Assembly (NCBI RefSeq): GCF_009914755.1
Contig: NC_060935.1
Origin: the human T2T-CHM13v2.0 reference genome, Homo sapiens
Strand: one strand, 5' to 3'
Length of the DNA: 64,000 nt
Numbering within the stretch: the stretch's first letter is position 1; each line of letters opens with the position of its first letter. Below, one piece after another: positions 41,821 through 54,664 of the stretch. The notes under the pieces are model-generated. The model saw nothing but the letters and a program-made list of their open reading frames with translations, was not told the DNA's origin and searched no databases. A program made the position numbers and the translations under genes.

Positions 41821-42135
41821 GGGTGGGAACTGTGGCTCATGTCTTGTAATCCCAGCACTTCGAGAGGCTGAGGTCGAAGGATTGCTTGAGCCCAGGAGTT
41901 TGACAGCAGGCTAGGCAACACAGCAAGACCCTGCCTCTACAAAAAATTAAAAAATTAGCTAGGTATGGTAGCACGCAACTGTAGTCCCAGCTACTCGGGA
42001 GGCTGAAGTGGAAGAGTTGCTTGGGGCCAAAAGTGTGAGGCTGTACTCCACCCTGGGTAACAGAGTGAGACTCTATCAAAAAGAAAAAAAAAAAGAAGAA
42101 GAAGAAGGAGAAAGAAAAGAAGTAAAGAAGAAATA
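41821..42135 (+). mobile_element. AluJ with a right-arm deletion and A/GAA tail
   Basis: gtggctcatgtcttgtaatcccagcac...ggattgcttgagcccaggag; the right arm lacks the gcagtgag...ccact segment. Confidence 0.88.
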
Positions 42136-42474
42136 AGTGCTACTTATGTCTTGGGATGTGCCCCAACTAATAGGTAGAATTTGGATATGTTGGCTTGGGG
42201 GGAATTCCTCCATGGAGAGGACTAAGCTGATGCAGGGATCTGTTTCTCATTCCTCTACTCATTGTAGTATGTTTGAGGGTTTCTTTGTAATTGTTGGGAA
42301 ATGTGGTCTCTGTAATAAAATTATGGTGGGTGGAAGAGGAGAAAAGTTGGTTTTGTCCAAGTGGAAATGAGTTCTTCATTTTTTCTATGATTATAAAATG
42401 AATAAACACAAGTGGCAGTTGGGGATGGGCTGGGAGCATTTCAAGATGGTTTTTATAAGCCCAACAAAGTATAG

Positions 42475-43020
42475 CTGTGAGACAGAGGGGATGTTGAACT
42501 CATCACCATGTTCCTCCAGGTATCCAGACATTCCATCTGTTTCAGGGGCTTAAGTGTTCAGGCTGTTATAAAGAGGGTTGTCCATCCATATAAGGTACTA
42601 TGGCAGACACATTATGTGTTCTTATTATCTCATCTTCTTCATGATCACACGAGAAGACTACAAGTGCTGCCATGTGACTGGGTCTTGCCAGTGGAATATA
42701 GGTGGTAATAATGTACAACTCCACTTCCAAGCCTAGCCCCTAAAATGGCCCATGCAATCTTTCATGGTCTCTCTCTCATTGTCTGGTTGAATCTACAAGT
42801 TCCAGTGGAAGACTCTGAGGAGGACTTAAGCAAGGCAAACCCACCAGATGAAGGAAGCCTGAATCCCAGAGTCTCACTGCTTGGAGGAAAACTGCTCTAG
42901 AGAGCTGCTTGACCAAGAACACCTGCATTGAACCTCGTGTGAGAAAGAAATAAAGTTCTACTACTACATTAACACCTAAAATGTTGAGTCTGTTTGTTAG
43001 CTAGCCTACCCTGATTAATA
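42475..43020 (+). mobile_element. Old MLT1 (I/J-like) LTR
   Basis: gccatgtgactgggtcttgccagtggaat...gaaggaagcctgaatccc...aaataaagttc...tagcctaccctgattaata. Confidence 0.6.
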
Positions 43021-43519
43021 TGGATGTCAAAGAGATGGCTTAGCAAAATCTGAGGGCATGGGTAAATGGCAGTCCTATCAAGATGATCAGCACATGACAG
43101 GTAGGAGGCTTTTACCTGATGGTCATGAGAAGGAGAGGTAATACAGACCCTCAGTACTGGAAAGATTCAGTGTTTTCTCCACTGGCAAGGGATGTTTTGC
43201 TTTAAACTTCCTAATGTTGGCTGCAAATGGCACCTGCTGGGCAGAGGCTGGGCAGTCTCTGGACACTGATTCCAGTGCTGTTCATGGGGTCCTGCCTGCT
43301 CCTATTATTTGACAGCCCTTCTTTTAAGCCCTGTGGACTTCCTCTTTGATAATGCTCCTCTGATTTTCCTCCTTCCTCTACCTTTAATTTTGAGAGATAT
43401 TGCCAAACCACTATCCACAAAAGAAAGCACATTTAAAGTGCCATTATCTGTTTGTGGGGTGGATATGAATGCCTATTTCCCAACTTACTATCCAGGACTG
43501 CATGCATGTTATCAAACTT

Positions 43520-44300
43520 TTAAATTTTTATTTCATTACAAAGAAATTATTGTGGTAAAAACATTACACAAAATTTACCATCTTAAGCATTTTAAGCGTA
43601 CAATTCTGTAGTGTTAGGTGTGTTCACATTGTTGTACAACCAATCTCCAGAAGTTTTTCATCTTGCAAAACTTCAACTCTATGTGCATTAAACAACAATG
43701 CCTCATCTCCTCCTCCCCCAGCCCCTGGCAACCACCATTCTACTTTCTGTTCCGATTAATTTGACTACTCTAGATACCTCATGTAAACAGAATCATGCAG
43801 TATTTGTCTTTTTGGATTGACTTATTTCCTTTAACATAATGTCCTCAAAATCCATCCATGTTGCAGCATGTGTCAGAATTTCCTTCCTTTTTAAGGCTAA
43901 TATTCCATTATGAGTGTGTGTATATATTTTGTTTACAACACAAATTTTGTTTATCCATTCATCCATTGATGGGCACTTCCAACCTCTTGGCTGTTGTGAA
44001 TAGTGCTGTTATGAACACAGGTATACAAATATCTTTTTGAGATTCTGTTTTTGATCCTTTGGGAGATAAATATACTCAGAAATTGAATTGTTAAATCATG
44101 TAGTGGTTCTATTTTTAATTTTTTGAGAACCTCCATACTGTTTTCCATAGTGACTATACCATTTCATATTCCCACCAGCAATGCACAGGGTTCCAATTTC
44201 CCCACATCCTCACCAACACTTATTACTTTCTGCTTTGTTTCGGGGTTTTCTTGACAGCAGACACCCTAATGGTTGTGAGATGGTATCTCGTTATGGTTTT
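43520..44300 (-). mobile_element. L1MB-type 3' fragment
   Basis: aaaatttaccatcttaagcattttaag...cagcccctggcaaccaccattctactttctg...ccatactgttttccatag; ORF 43951-44148 is an ORF2 remnant. Confidence 0.88.
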
Positions 44301-44667
44301 AACCATTTTTTCATGTTCACCTAATATGCTTTAAATTTGAATTCACATTTTTTGTTATATATAGAGGTCAGAAGAACCCATCCTAGTGATGAGATGCTTC
44401 TGGTTTCCAGTCTTATAAGAACTACACCAACTTTGCAAACAACAACTAGTGTCTGGAGTGAGTTATCCCTTGGCAGTGGTAGAGAAACTCATGTTCTTCA
44501 GATGCAAGGTTTACACAGCACTTTGTACTTTATACACATTATCTCACTTGATCATCACAGCAGCCTTGCAAGGTGCAGAAGGCAGATGAGGAAATTGAGG
44601 TTCAGAGATGAGAAAAGAGAGAAAGAAGGAGACCAGCTCTTTAAAATCATAACCACAGAAGCAAATG

Positions 44668-45180
44668 CCTAGTGATGCACAACAGATATTGCTGTCTGCC
44701 TGTCCAACATCTGTTCTCCCCTTTTCCTTTCGTCAGGGCCCCAGTTTTGTTAGGGTATCCACCCAATGTATTCATAACTCCCATAATGGTAGTTCTATCT
44801 ACTTGCTTAGAGATTGGTTTACCAGTGGTCAGTACAGTGTGAAAGGGATTTTAGGAAAGATTTCTTCATTTAAAAAAACTTTAAAAAGAGGTGGAATGGT
44901 CTCCCTTCTTCTGGAAGATGTGGTTCCCGGATGGGATGCTAGGAATTGCAGCATCTATCTTAGGACCACAAGGGGAACCAGTCTTAGGATGAAGCCAGGG
45001 GCATATATGACAGAACAGAGTAATAGAAAGCACCTGGGTCCAATATCACAGAGTTGTCAATAATAACACACTATTTTTTTTCTTACTTCTTGTGGTGTGA
45101 AATAATACATTTCTTTCCTGATTGAGCCAATTTGAATTGAGATTTTTTTAGGGGTTTTTGGCAGCTGAAATAATCCTATT
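44668..45180 (+). mobile_element. Old MLT1 (J/K-like) LTR
   Basis: ctaggaattgcagcatctatc...gaaagcacctgggtcc...ttcttgtggtgtgaaataatacatttc...gcagctgaaataatccta. Confidence 0.55.
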
Positions 45181-45825
45181 AAATGGTGGATGAAATTATA
45201 AAGTGACAAGAAAGTGGTGTGAAAACATGATTCAAGCACGTAAATGTCACATCCCTGCATCCCCATGTTGGGTAGTAGGTCAACACTGTTCCAGAGGTGT
45301 TATGAGGAAAGCCAGGAGAGAGAGAGAGAGTGTGTCTAACCATGGCTGTTAGAAACCGTCAAAGGTCCAAATGGTGAGAATGAACCTGTTGTCATCATAT
45401 CTAGCAGGTCAGCATGAGATCAAATATTGGGTCCCAAAAGAAACCTGTTGTACACTGGCCTGATATTCTCATGTTGAGGAACTTCAGCTGCAAACCTCTC
45501 TAACCATCCTTTGCTCCCTTCTCCCCACAAAAGGAGGAGGAAATTCTCTTTGTTGATGGTGAGTTTGGAGATAAAGTGGACATTTTCCACCTGGCACCTC
45601 CCTTTCCCTCTCAGATATGTCATCTGCAGTGAGGGTCCATTCCGGGCTGCTATCCACTCTGTGGCAAGTGAGGAAAGCTAGAAATTTTATGAGGTGTGCT
45701 GCAACTTCATTTCAGGGGACAGGATTAGAGAATCCCTTGTGGCTACATATTTAAGCTGTATTCTTTTCTTCAGCTTTTTCTGGTCATGAAGCTCAGATTC
45801 CAATCTCTGTCTATCTGATTCCTAT

Positions 45826-45914
45826 ATAATTCCTTCCATATCTCTTCCTGAGTTCAGAACCAAATATTTTTCTTATTTGGTTCTGAACTCAGGAAGGGAT
45901 GTGGAAGGCATTAT
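45826..45914. repeat. Long inverted repeat (41-bp arms, 7-nt spacer)
   Basis: ataattccttccatatctcttcctgagttcagaaccaaata / tttttct / tatttggttctgaactcaggaagggatgtggaaggcattat; 38/41 Watson-Crick pairs. Confidence 0.95.
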
Positions 45915-46879
45915 TCTTTGGACCCCTAGACTCTAACTCAAACCATGAAATCAAAATTGGTAAGTTTTAATAAAACTAAAAATAGAGGTATGCATAATGG
46001 TGTGAGGATAAAGCCTCACATCCCATCTATTAGTAGTCTGTTGCTCCGATGTAACTATATTTTCTGCAGGATGTGAGGGATATTTTCATATTCCTGGTGA
46101 GAGCTGGGATGTGGTTTCCAAAATTTAAAAAAACTGGGATTCTACAGAGGCCTTTAAAAAGGGATGATATAAGATCCTTAAAAGGGATGATATAAGAACT
46201 GAGCTCAGAATAGAGTTTCTGAGCTAGGATGGACGGGATGAGTGAGTGGCGTAAGTGACTCTAAAATAATTTGACCTGTTGGATTATTGCAAATCAGACT
46301 GCATTTGGCTCTAGGAAACATTCTGGGTTTCAGCCACTGGTGTTGAGCCAGCTGAAGGTAAAATAATAGAAATATAGTGTTAGTAGTAGTCACAGCAGCA
46401 GTAGTATTAGTACCAACTAAAGTATGCTGGATATGTGTTATTTTATTTTATTATTTTATGAAGTCCTCACTATGACCCTGTGAATTAAGTATTATATTAG
46501 CCTTGTTTTACATTTGAGAAAATTGAGGCTTAGAAAGATTAAATAGTTGGTCTAAGGTCACACAGCTAGAAGTGCCAAACCTGGGTTTTAACCTGGCCAC
46601 TGCGACTCCACTCTAGATACTAACTCCATATTGCAATCAAACTGTTTATAACCATTCCCATTTCTGATCAGTTTTCTGAAGGAATAATGCCACAGAAGCA
46701 AAAAGCTATATGTGTAAAATTTTCCATTATGTTTTATATCTCTGTAATCCAAGGAAGTGACTTGAATGCACACCAGCATGGAACTATATTAATAAATTAT
46801 GCTACATCAAATCAATAGAATGCTAGACGTAATTTTAAAATAATAATTCCAGAATTTACATTAAAAAATGAGCATTATA

Positions 46880-47426
46880 TTCTACTATAAAGACACATGC
46901 ACATGTATATTTATTGCAGCACTATTTACAATAGCAAAGACATGGAACCAACCCAAATGCCCATTAATGATAGACTGGATAAAGAAAATGGGGTACATAT
47001 TCACCATGGAATACTATGAAGCCATAAAAAGGAATGAGATCATGTCCTTCGCAGGGACATGGATGAAGCTGAAAGCCATCATCCTCAGCAAACTAATGCA
47101 AGAAGAGAAAACCAAACACAACATGTTCTCACTCATAAGTGGGAGCTGAAAAATGAGAACACCTAGACACAGGGAGGGGAACAACACGCATCGAGGCCTA
47201 TTGGGGGCTGGGGGGTGAGGGGAGGAGGAGCATCAGGACAAATATCTAAGGCATGTGGGGCTTAAAATTATATGACAGGTTGATAGGTGCAGCAAACCAC
47301 CATGGCACATGTGTACCTACATAACTAACTTGCACTTTCTCTACATGTATCCCAGAACTTAAAGTAAAATTTAAAAATAAAGTTTTGAATTTGTCCAGTA
47401 AATAATAAATAAGTATAAAGCTGAAA
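46880..47426 (+). mobile_element. 5'-truncated L1PA (about L1PA8A-10) with extra 3' sequence
   Basis: ORF2 end (YYKDTCTCIFIAALFTIAKTWNQPKCP) and 3'UTR; 17-bp TSD aaaaaatgagca(t/c)tata at 46863-46879 and 47427-47443. Confidence 0.92.
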
Positions 47427-49931
47427 AAAAAATGAGCACTATAGAATGTAAGGCTAAGGAAACAAAGCTGAGGAGAAAATGGCATGTATACCCAGATGGC
47501 AACAGTATAAAAAAAGCAGGCCCACTTGTGATCCAACACTGAAAGGAAATATGCACAAATAAAAATAACAACATTTAATAATAAGTGGGGTCTAGGTGAA
47601 TATTTTTCTTTTTGCTAAAGCTGTTTCCAACATTGCAGAGGCCCTATTTTGTCAAGAAAAGAAGAACATATCCATAGGGGGTACTGCAGGCAGAATCACG
47701 TGTATGTGTGTACACTGGCTAGTTCATTGGTAGGGAGCAGGGTCAATGGGCACACTTGCAGAGAGCTTTGTCCCTGCTGAAATGTGGCTCAGCCTCATCG
47801 AAACCGCAGATATTAGCCTGACCTTCAAGAAGGCTGCAGCCAGGTTAGATTCTTCTCTCCTGAGTCTCTTTAAATTTTCAGCAGACACTGAAGTCATAAG
47901 TGCCGTTTCCTATAACCATCCCACAGAAAAGGAAAACTCTGTCTCTGTCTCCAGACAGCTTGTGTCCTGAGGTATTCAGGAGCCTGCCCAAGATGCTGGT
48001 GACACCACTGAGACGTGAGAGAGAAGCACATGGGGCAGGACAGGGCAGAGGGAAAGACAATACAGCAAAAACTTTTCTAGAGGAAATAAGATGTAAATGA
48101 GTAAAGAGCAGGAAGAGAGAAACAAATGCTAAGGCGCTGGATGGTAAGTGACTTTCTCAGAGGGTTAAGACGGAAAAAGGTAGTATGATTGATTAGTCCG
48201 TTTCCTCCGTCTACAGAGGCCCTCATTGCAATTCAATGAACAGGGCTTTGGTGTGAGACCAGGTTCCATCTGCTTCCTGGCTGTGTGAGTGTGGGCAAAT
48301 GGCTTAACCTCTCTGATCCTCAGATTCTTTAAGTGGCAATAGCCATTCCTCCAGCGCAGCAGTAAGTGAGATGTTCTTAGAAAGCCCTTCTCCCAGTGCC
48401 TCTCTGATGACATAAGTGGCATTTCAATTATTCTCTACTTCTCTCCCCTTGGAGATGGGGCTTCCTGAAACCATCCACGGTATAGGCATAGACCTAGGCT
48501 CTGCCCCAGACAGCAAAGCATTTCCTGTGCCCTCCAAGTCCATCCCATGGGACAGCTCCCTGCCATTCTCCCTTCCTCTCCAACTGGGGACCAGAGAAGC
48601 CTGCCACTGCTTACCAGAGGGAAGGGAGAGGTGACCTGAGGGCTGCCCCCTGAGCATCTGCTCTGCTCTGCAAGTGAGTTTCCAGATTGCGTGTGATGAG
48701 AACAGAAACAAAAACTGCAATTACTTTTGCACCAACCTAATATAAAAGGTCTGAATCAGGCCACTAGGAGCTGACACTCTGTGGGTGGGGGAAGAAAAAG
48801 GGACAAACCCAGTCTGAGGAGGTGGCAGGCAGCAGCAAGACCAAGGTGGGGAAGAAAGAGTGAAATTAAACCAAAAAACTCCCCAAAACAGTCATATATT
48901 TGACTGGTGGGAGGGGAACTAGGGCAAGAGATAGGAATGAAGGGAAAATAAGGAGAGGATGCAAAATGAGAAAGTGAGGAGGACAGAGAAAAAGAGAAGG
49001 GGAGAAAAAGTGGGAGAAAAACAGAAATTAAAAGAAGACAAAAAGGATGGGGAGGTTGAGAAAGGTTAAAAATATCTGGGAAATTGGTAGAATCGTCATC
49101 ATTCTTCTGCATCCTGGAGAAAGCAGGAGGCACCTGTTGAATGCAATGATTTGGGGAGCAGGCACTGTTCACTGGATGAGGGGCGGCTTCTCCATTGGGC
49201 GAAGCAACGGAAATGTTGTTGTTGGTTGGTTTGTCTGTGGAGACATGACTCCCCCATGCTGGATGTCCCCTGACCCACAACACGAGGTGAGAATGGAGGA
49301 AGTTTTCCATCCATGAACAAGGGCAAGCAATGACTTGGAGAGTACCAGCAACCACCATTGGTATAGCTCCATCTGGACTGGGACAGAGGACATTGGTTAC
49401 TTCTGAGAAAGTCAGACTTAGGCATAACTGGGGCTAAAGCCAGCTGGGTGTTTCTGGGTTTTCCCTTGTTTTTTTTTCTGAGTGCTCAGAGTTCTCATGC
49501 CCTCACCCACATCTACGACCCTGGGTCAAACATCCTGGGGAGGAAAGATCATCTAAACTCATTGACCCAAAGGCAAAGGGACTGATCAGACTTTAAATGC
49601 TCAGATGGTAGACTTTGGGGCATCAGCTGGCTGGCAGACGAGGGGCCAGAAGGACCTTCTCTGAAGGACACCATAGGGTGCCTTGCCTCCTGCTTTCTCG
49701 TCTTTGTCAGTGTCATTCAGAGTCCCCTGTTGGGACCACTCACTATGCTTGTGCTGTGGGCTGGGTGTAAGATTGGGCCAGATCCCCAGCCCCCATTTCC
49801 CACAGGACTAGTGTGAGCATGAGAGGCTTCCTTTTCACTTCTAATGCAGATGTATCGAGTCCACCTAGCATGTGTTGAAAACTGTCCTCAGGACAAGGGT
49901 GTTTCCATAGAGGTGATCTCAGAGCCACTCA

Positions 49932-49934
<3 letters not shown>

Positions 49935-49966
<32 letters not shown>
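49935..49966. repeat. (TG)16 microsatellite
   Basis: 32 nt of perfect TG repeat. Confidence 0.98.
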
Positions 49967-49967
<1 letters not shown>

Positions 49968-50084
49968 TGTTTACTGAATCTTAATGTTTTTAAAATAATA
50001 TTGCTCAATTCAAAAGTAATATACATATTTTTATAATACATGTACAAAGCCACTAGTAGAAAGAGTTTAAAATTACCAATAATG

Positions 50085-50346
50085 TAATAATAGTATTGTG
50101 GTTAAATAAGGGTTTAAAAGCCCTTATCTTTTAGAGATACATACTGAATATTTACAGATAAGTGTATATGATGTTTGGAATTTGTTTCAAAATAATCCAG
50201 CAGTTGGGGAGGAGGTAGGAGGTACAGACAGATAACAAGGGCTATGAGTGGATAATTGTAGAAGCTGGGTAATGGCTGTGTGGAAATTCATTATAATTTT
50301 CTCTTTACCTGTATGTATTTATGATTGAAATTTTCCATAATTAAAG
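50085..50346 (+). mobile_element. Old L1M (MC/ME-type) 3' end
   Basis: ccttatcttttagagatacatactgaatatttacaga...ttgaaattttccataattaaa. Confidence 0.7.
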
Positions 50347-50355
50347 GTTGTTTTT

Positions 50356-50655
<300 letters not shown>

Positions 50656-51099
50656 GAGGTGTTTTTTTTTCTTTTTTTTTCTAAAAGAAAAAAAATTTTA
50701 TCTTCCTTTTGTGCCATATGTATCTTTCCATTAAACTTTCACTTATTTCAGAACAAAATCACCAATGGTCCCACCTCACGTCAGTCCCTTTCCTATTCAT
50801 AGATAAACATAGAGATGTTGAAAACAAGACCTTATTGATTTGGTCAGTTTTAATGTTTTGCACAGTCTATTTCAGAGTACAGTGAACAGGAGCTCTTCGA
50901 AGATGGAGGCATGCGCAGTGAGTGAGGCTCACCCAGGTGTCTCCGTTTTTATCATTGTTTGTGGTGTGACAGGTGCAGTGGACCTAGGAAATAAGTGAAG
51001 AAATGAGTACAGACCAAGACATCAACATGCACAACCCCCCATTAGAAGAAGAAACAGGGGAAAAGACTCAGAGGAGGAGCAAGGGATGGAGAGAGAAGT

Positions 51100-51830
51100 G
51101 TAGCAAAGACAACAGCTTCCTGAACTCCACGTTCTTCTCTTTCCTCTGGACTCACAACTGGACCACATAACCTTTCCAGCTTTCCTTGCAGTTAGGTGAG
51201 GCAACGCGACTGGGTTCTGGCCAATGGAATGTGGATGGAAGTGAGGGTCCCACTATCAGGTCTAGCCCATAAAAACCTCACAAACAATTCTCCTCCATAC
51301 TCTTTTTCCTTCCACCAACTGAATGGAAGTGACCTCAGTGAACTCGGAAGTCATGTATTGAAAATTGCAGAGTTTGGCCGGGCACGGTGGCTCACGCCTG
51401 TATTGCAGCACTTTGGGAGGCCGAGGCGGGCGGATCACGAGGTCAGGAGATCGAGACCATCCTGGCTAACACGGTGAAACCCCGTCTGTACTAAAAATAC
51501 AAAAAATTAGCCCGGCGTAGTGTCAGGTGCCTGTAGTCCCAGCTACTCAGGAGGCTGAGGCAGGAGAATGGCATGAACCTGGGAGGCGGAGCTTGCAGTG
51601 AGCCGAGATTGTACCACTGCACTCCAGCCTGGGCGACAGAGCCAGACTCAGACTCCGTCTCAAAAAAAAAAAGAAAAAAAAGAAAAAAAAAAGAAAATTG
51701 GAGAGTCTCTATCAGCCTGAATTGTTTATCCCTCTTCACCATCCTATCTAACCAGAAACCCTTACAAGTATTAGGTAACCACAGGATAAATGTGTATGTG
51801 TTTAAGCCGTTTTACCTCGTAGCTGAAATT
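51100..51830 (+). mobile_element. Old MLT1 (I/J-like) LTR split by AluY
   Basis: ccagctttccttgcagttaggtgaggc...gttctggccaatggaatgtggatggaagtga before the Alu; the TSD shows the sequence continues after it. Confidence 0.55.
51376..51692 (+). mobile_element. AluY
   Basis: ggatcacgaggtcaggagatcgagaccatcctggctaacacgg; 16-bp TSD gaaaattg(c/g)agagt(t/c)t at 51360-51375 and 51693-51708. Confidence 0.95.
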
Positions 51831-52356
51831 GGACCCAAAACACAGAAAGATAAATTAATCTGAAAGGCAGAATGAAAGATAGGCTATAGCTGTATCTATA
51901 AAGACAAGGGAAAATATAATTTTAAGGAAGGGTGAGTCAATAATAACAATGACTGTTTTTTAGACCCTGCCATATTCTAAACTCTTCGATAAGTTGAATA
52001 GATGCATGATTACATTATATACTTTAATTTTCATGATAATTATATCAAGCATTAAATGGGGATCTTAAGCTCAAAGAGGTTGAGTACAGTGCCCAAAATT
52101 CCACAGCAAATAAACAATGCTCTTCAACAGCATATCATCTTACATCCAAAATAATAAGACTAAAGAGTCAGTTAAAGTGACTTGCAGAATAGTGGATGGG
52201 ATTGAGCCAGGGAAAGTGGGGCGTTTATTGGGCATCAGATGGTGAGGATTGAGTAACAGGACGCTGCTCATCCATCAAGATCTGGCCCGAGTACCCTTCC
52301 TCTCTATAGAGACTTTTTGAGCTACACATGTTGGTATCACCACTCTGAATTTCTTT

Positions 52357-52657
52357 TTTTCTCTTTTTTTTTTTGAGTCAGAGTCTTGCACTGTTGCCCA
52401 GGCTGGAGTGCAGTGGTGCTATCTCTGCTCACTGCAAGCTCCGCCTCCTGGGTTTACACCATTCTCCTACCTCAGCCTCCTGAGTAGCTGGGACTACAGG
52501 CACCCACCACCATGCCCAGCTAATTTTTTTTGTATTTTTAGTAGAGACGGGGTTTCACCGTGTTAGCCAGGATGGTCTCCATCTCCTGACCTCATGATCT
52601 GCCTGCCTCAACCTGCCAAAGTGCTGAGATTACAGGCATAAGCCACCACACCTGGCC
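52357..52657 (-). mobile_element. AluY
   Basis: Reverse complement with ctgcaagctccgcc and ccgtgttagccaggatggtctc; 13-bp TSD tctgaatttcttt at 52344-52356 and 52658-52670. Confidence 0.93.
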
Positions 52658-52779
52658 TCTGAATTTCTTTATTATTTACTACTCCTTACCCAGTGCATTA
52701 CAAGCTTCCTTAGAGTATTACTGGACTTGTTCTAAGGTCGATTTATATGCTAGATTTTTACTGCTTACTCACATTGGGT

Positions 52780-53150
52780 TCTTATCTACCTTTAGGCAAA
52801 TGGAAGGATTACCCTTCCCCAGTCATCTTGCACTTAGGTGGGATCATGTGACTAACTCTAGCTAATGGGCTGGGAAAAGAAGTGACATCTATTATTTCTG
52901 AGACAAAGCATTTAATCACTGGCATGAGGCCTTCTACTATTCTTTTTCCCTGCTGCAGCAATTGTGTTACGAGACAGAGGTAGCACAAGATCAGTGAGCA
53001 ACTGCATGGAAGACAGTTGTTTTAGAGAGTTTCCTGAACCCACAGCCAACTTAGCATGGCAAGAAGTCACCTGGGTGATTGTGTGAAACCAATGAGACTT
53101 TGCTTATGTTGTTACTGCAGCACAACTCAGAGTACTTTGACAAATACAAT
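52780..53150 (+). mobile_element. Old MLT1 (I/J-like) LTR
   Basis: cttgcacttaggtgggatcatgtgactaactctagctaatggg...ttgttactgcagcac...tgacaaataca. Confidence 0.6.
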
Positions 53151-53339
53151 TTAATCTTCCATCATGATCAGAGATGTCAAATATTAATCATCAGTGTTAC
53201 CACTGCCTCATGCTACAGACATGATGTATATTATTAATCCATCAATGGACTTTTATCCATTGAACTGTAAAGCCTCAGAATCTTTCTCATCACAGTGAAC
53301 TAAGCAGTCATTATTAATTGATTAGAGGTGAAAATTAGG

Positions 53340-53765
53340 GGAAACCCACTAAAGTCATTCCATTCCACTCGGCATAAAATCCAAACTTCTTACTGGGGCC
53401 TGCAAGGGTGCACAAGAGCTGGCTTTACCTTCCTCTTCAATCTCATTTCCTACTACTTGCTTTCTCATTCACTCTGCTCCATCCACATTAACCTTTTTGG
53501 TTCCTCAAACACACTAAAAATACTCCAATCTCAAAGCCTTTACATTTGCTTTGCACTTTTTTTTTCATGTAAATTTGCCTGAAATGTTACCTCTTCACCC
53601 AGACCTTCCTAGTCTACCTTATTAAAATTGCCTGCACCCTCCACCCACTTCCTCGATGATAATAAAATGCCAGTCTGTCTTTTTGTGCTGTTGTATTTTT
53701 GGAATTTAGAGTAGTGCCTGGAATATAGAGGTGCATACAAAATAGTTCTTAAACTAATGAAGGCA
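53340..53765 (+). mobile_element. L2 fragment
   Basis: ataaaatccaaacttctt...cattcactctgctcc...ttcctcaaacacac...agtagtgcctggaatatagagg. Confidence 0.6.
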
Positions 53766-54664
53766 ACTGATCTGCCAACTCTGATCTAGATCATAGTCTC
53801 TGAAGAGAGAGGGCAGGTCCTCCTCATCTGTGGCTTGTCCTCTGTGGCGAATCCATGTAGTGCATACAGAAGGTGTCCATTAAATTCCCATTGGATGATT
53901 AAAAGACTTTTATTTTCCATTGCTTCATCATGGAGTCACATCTGTGTCTTTTGCCTTCTTTCACCTTCATAAGCTCTCTCAAGACGTCTCTTCCTTTCTC
54001 TCTCCCTAGCCCACCCTCCCCACATCCTCTCCCATTAAAGTTCAGTTCAACAAGTCTCTTTCTCACCCACGCCATGCCTTCTACAGCAGCATTCTTCTGT
54101 GGCTGGGAAACAGTAGCCAGCAATAAAATGCGTTTTGGCCTGGCCTCACATCCATGTTCTGTACCTATTCCTTTTCTACAGGATTTGATGCTAAGCCCAG
54201 TCAGGACTTGGCAGGAGCCTTATGCCTGTACGTTAGAGCCCAGAATTTCTACCCTTTGGGTGTTTTAAAGAGAAGCAGCTGTTACCATCTGCCAGATGAA
54301 AGGTTTTGCCCTTTGAAAATAGACTGTGAGGCATGTTCAGGCAGACAGGGGCTCTCTGGAGAAGATCTGGGAGGATGGGACTCGGAAGACCTGCCACTCA
54401 TTTGGATTGACATACAACTGTAGGCAAAGTATCAGAGATGTCTAGTTTCTATCACAACGAAGGAGAGAGAACTGTATTCTTTGGGTAGAATGGGATGATG
54501 TGGGGAGGGATTATAGGTGAGGCCAACTGGTGAAAAGAGCACAGACCTCAGAATCAGAAGACCTAAGATTTAGAGTCAAAGTCCTGAATTCAAGACCCAG
54601 TGGTAGGGGCATCCGCCATCCACTTGAGCCACTGTTTACTCTTTTGTAAAATGGTGTGATGCTC

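Noticed and set aside
48756-49358. 200-aa minus-strand ORF with a hydrophobic/Ser-Pro stretch
   Set aside because: It arises from a purine-rich low-complexity tract and resembles no protein family I recognise.
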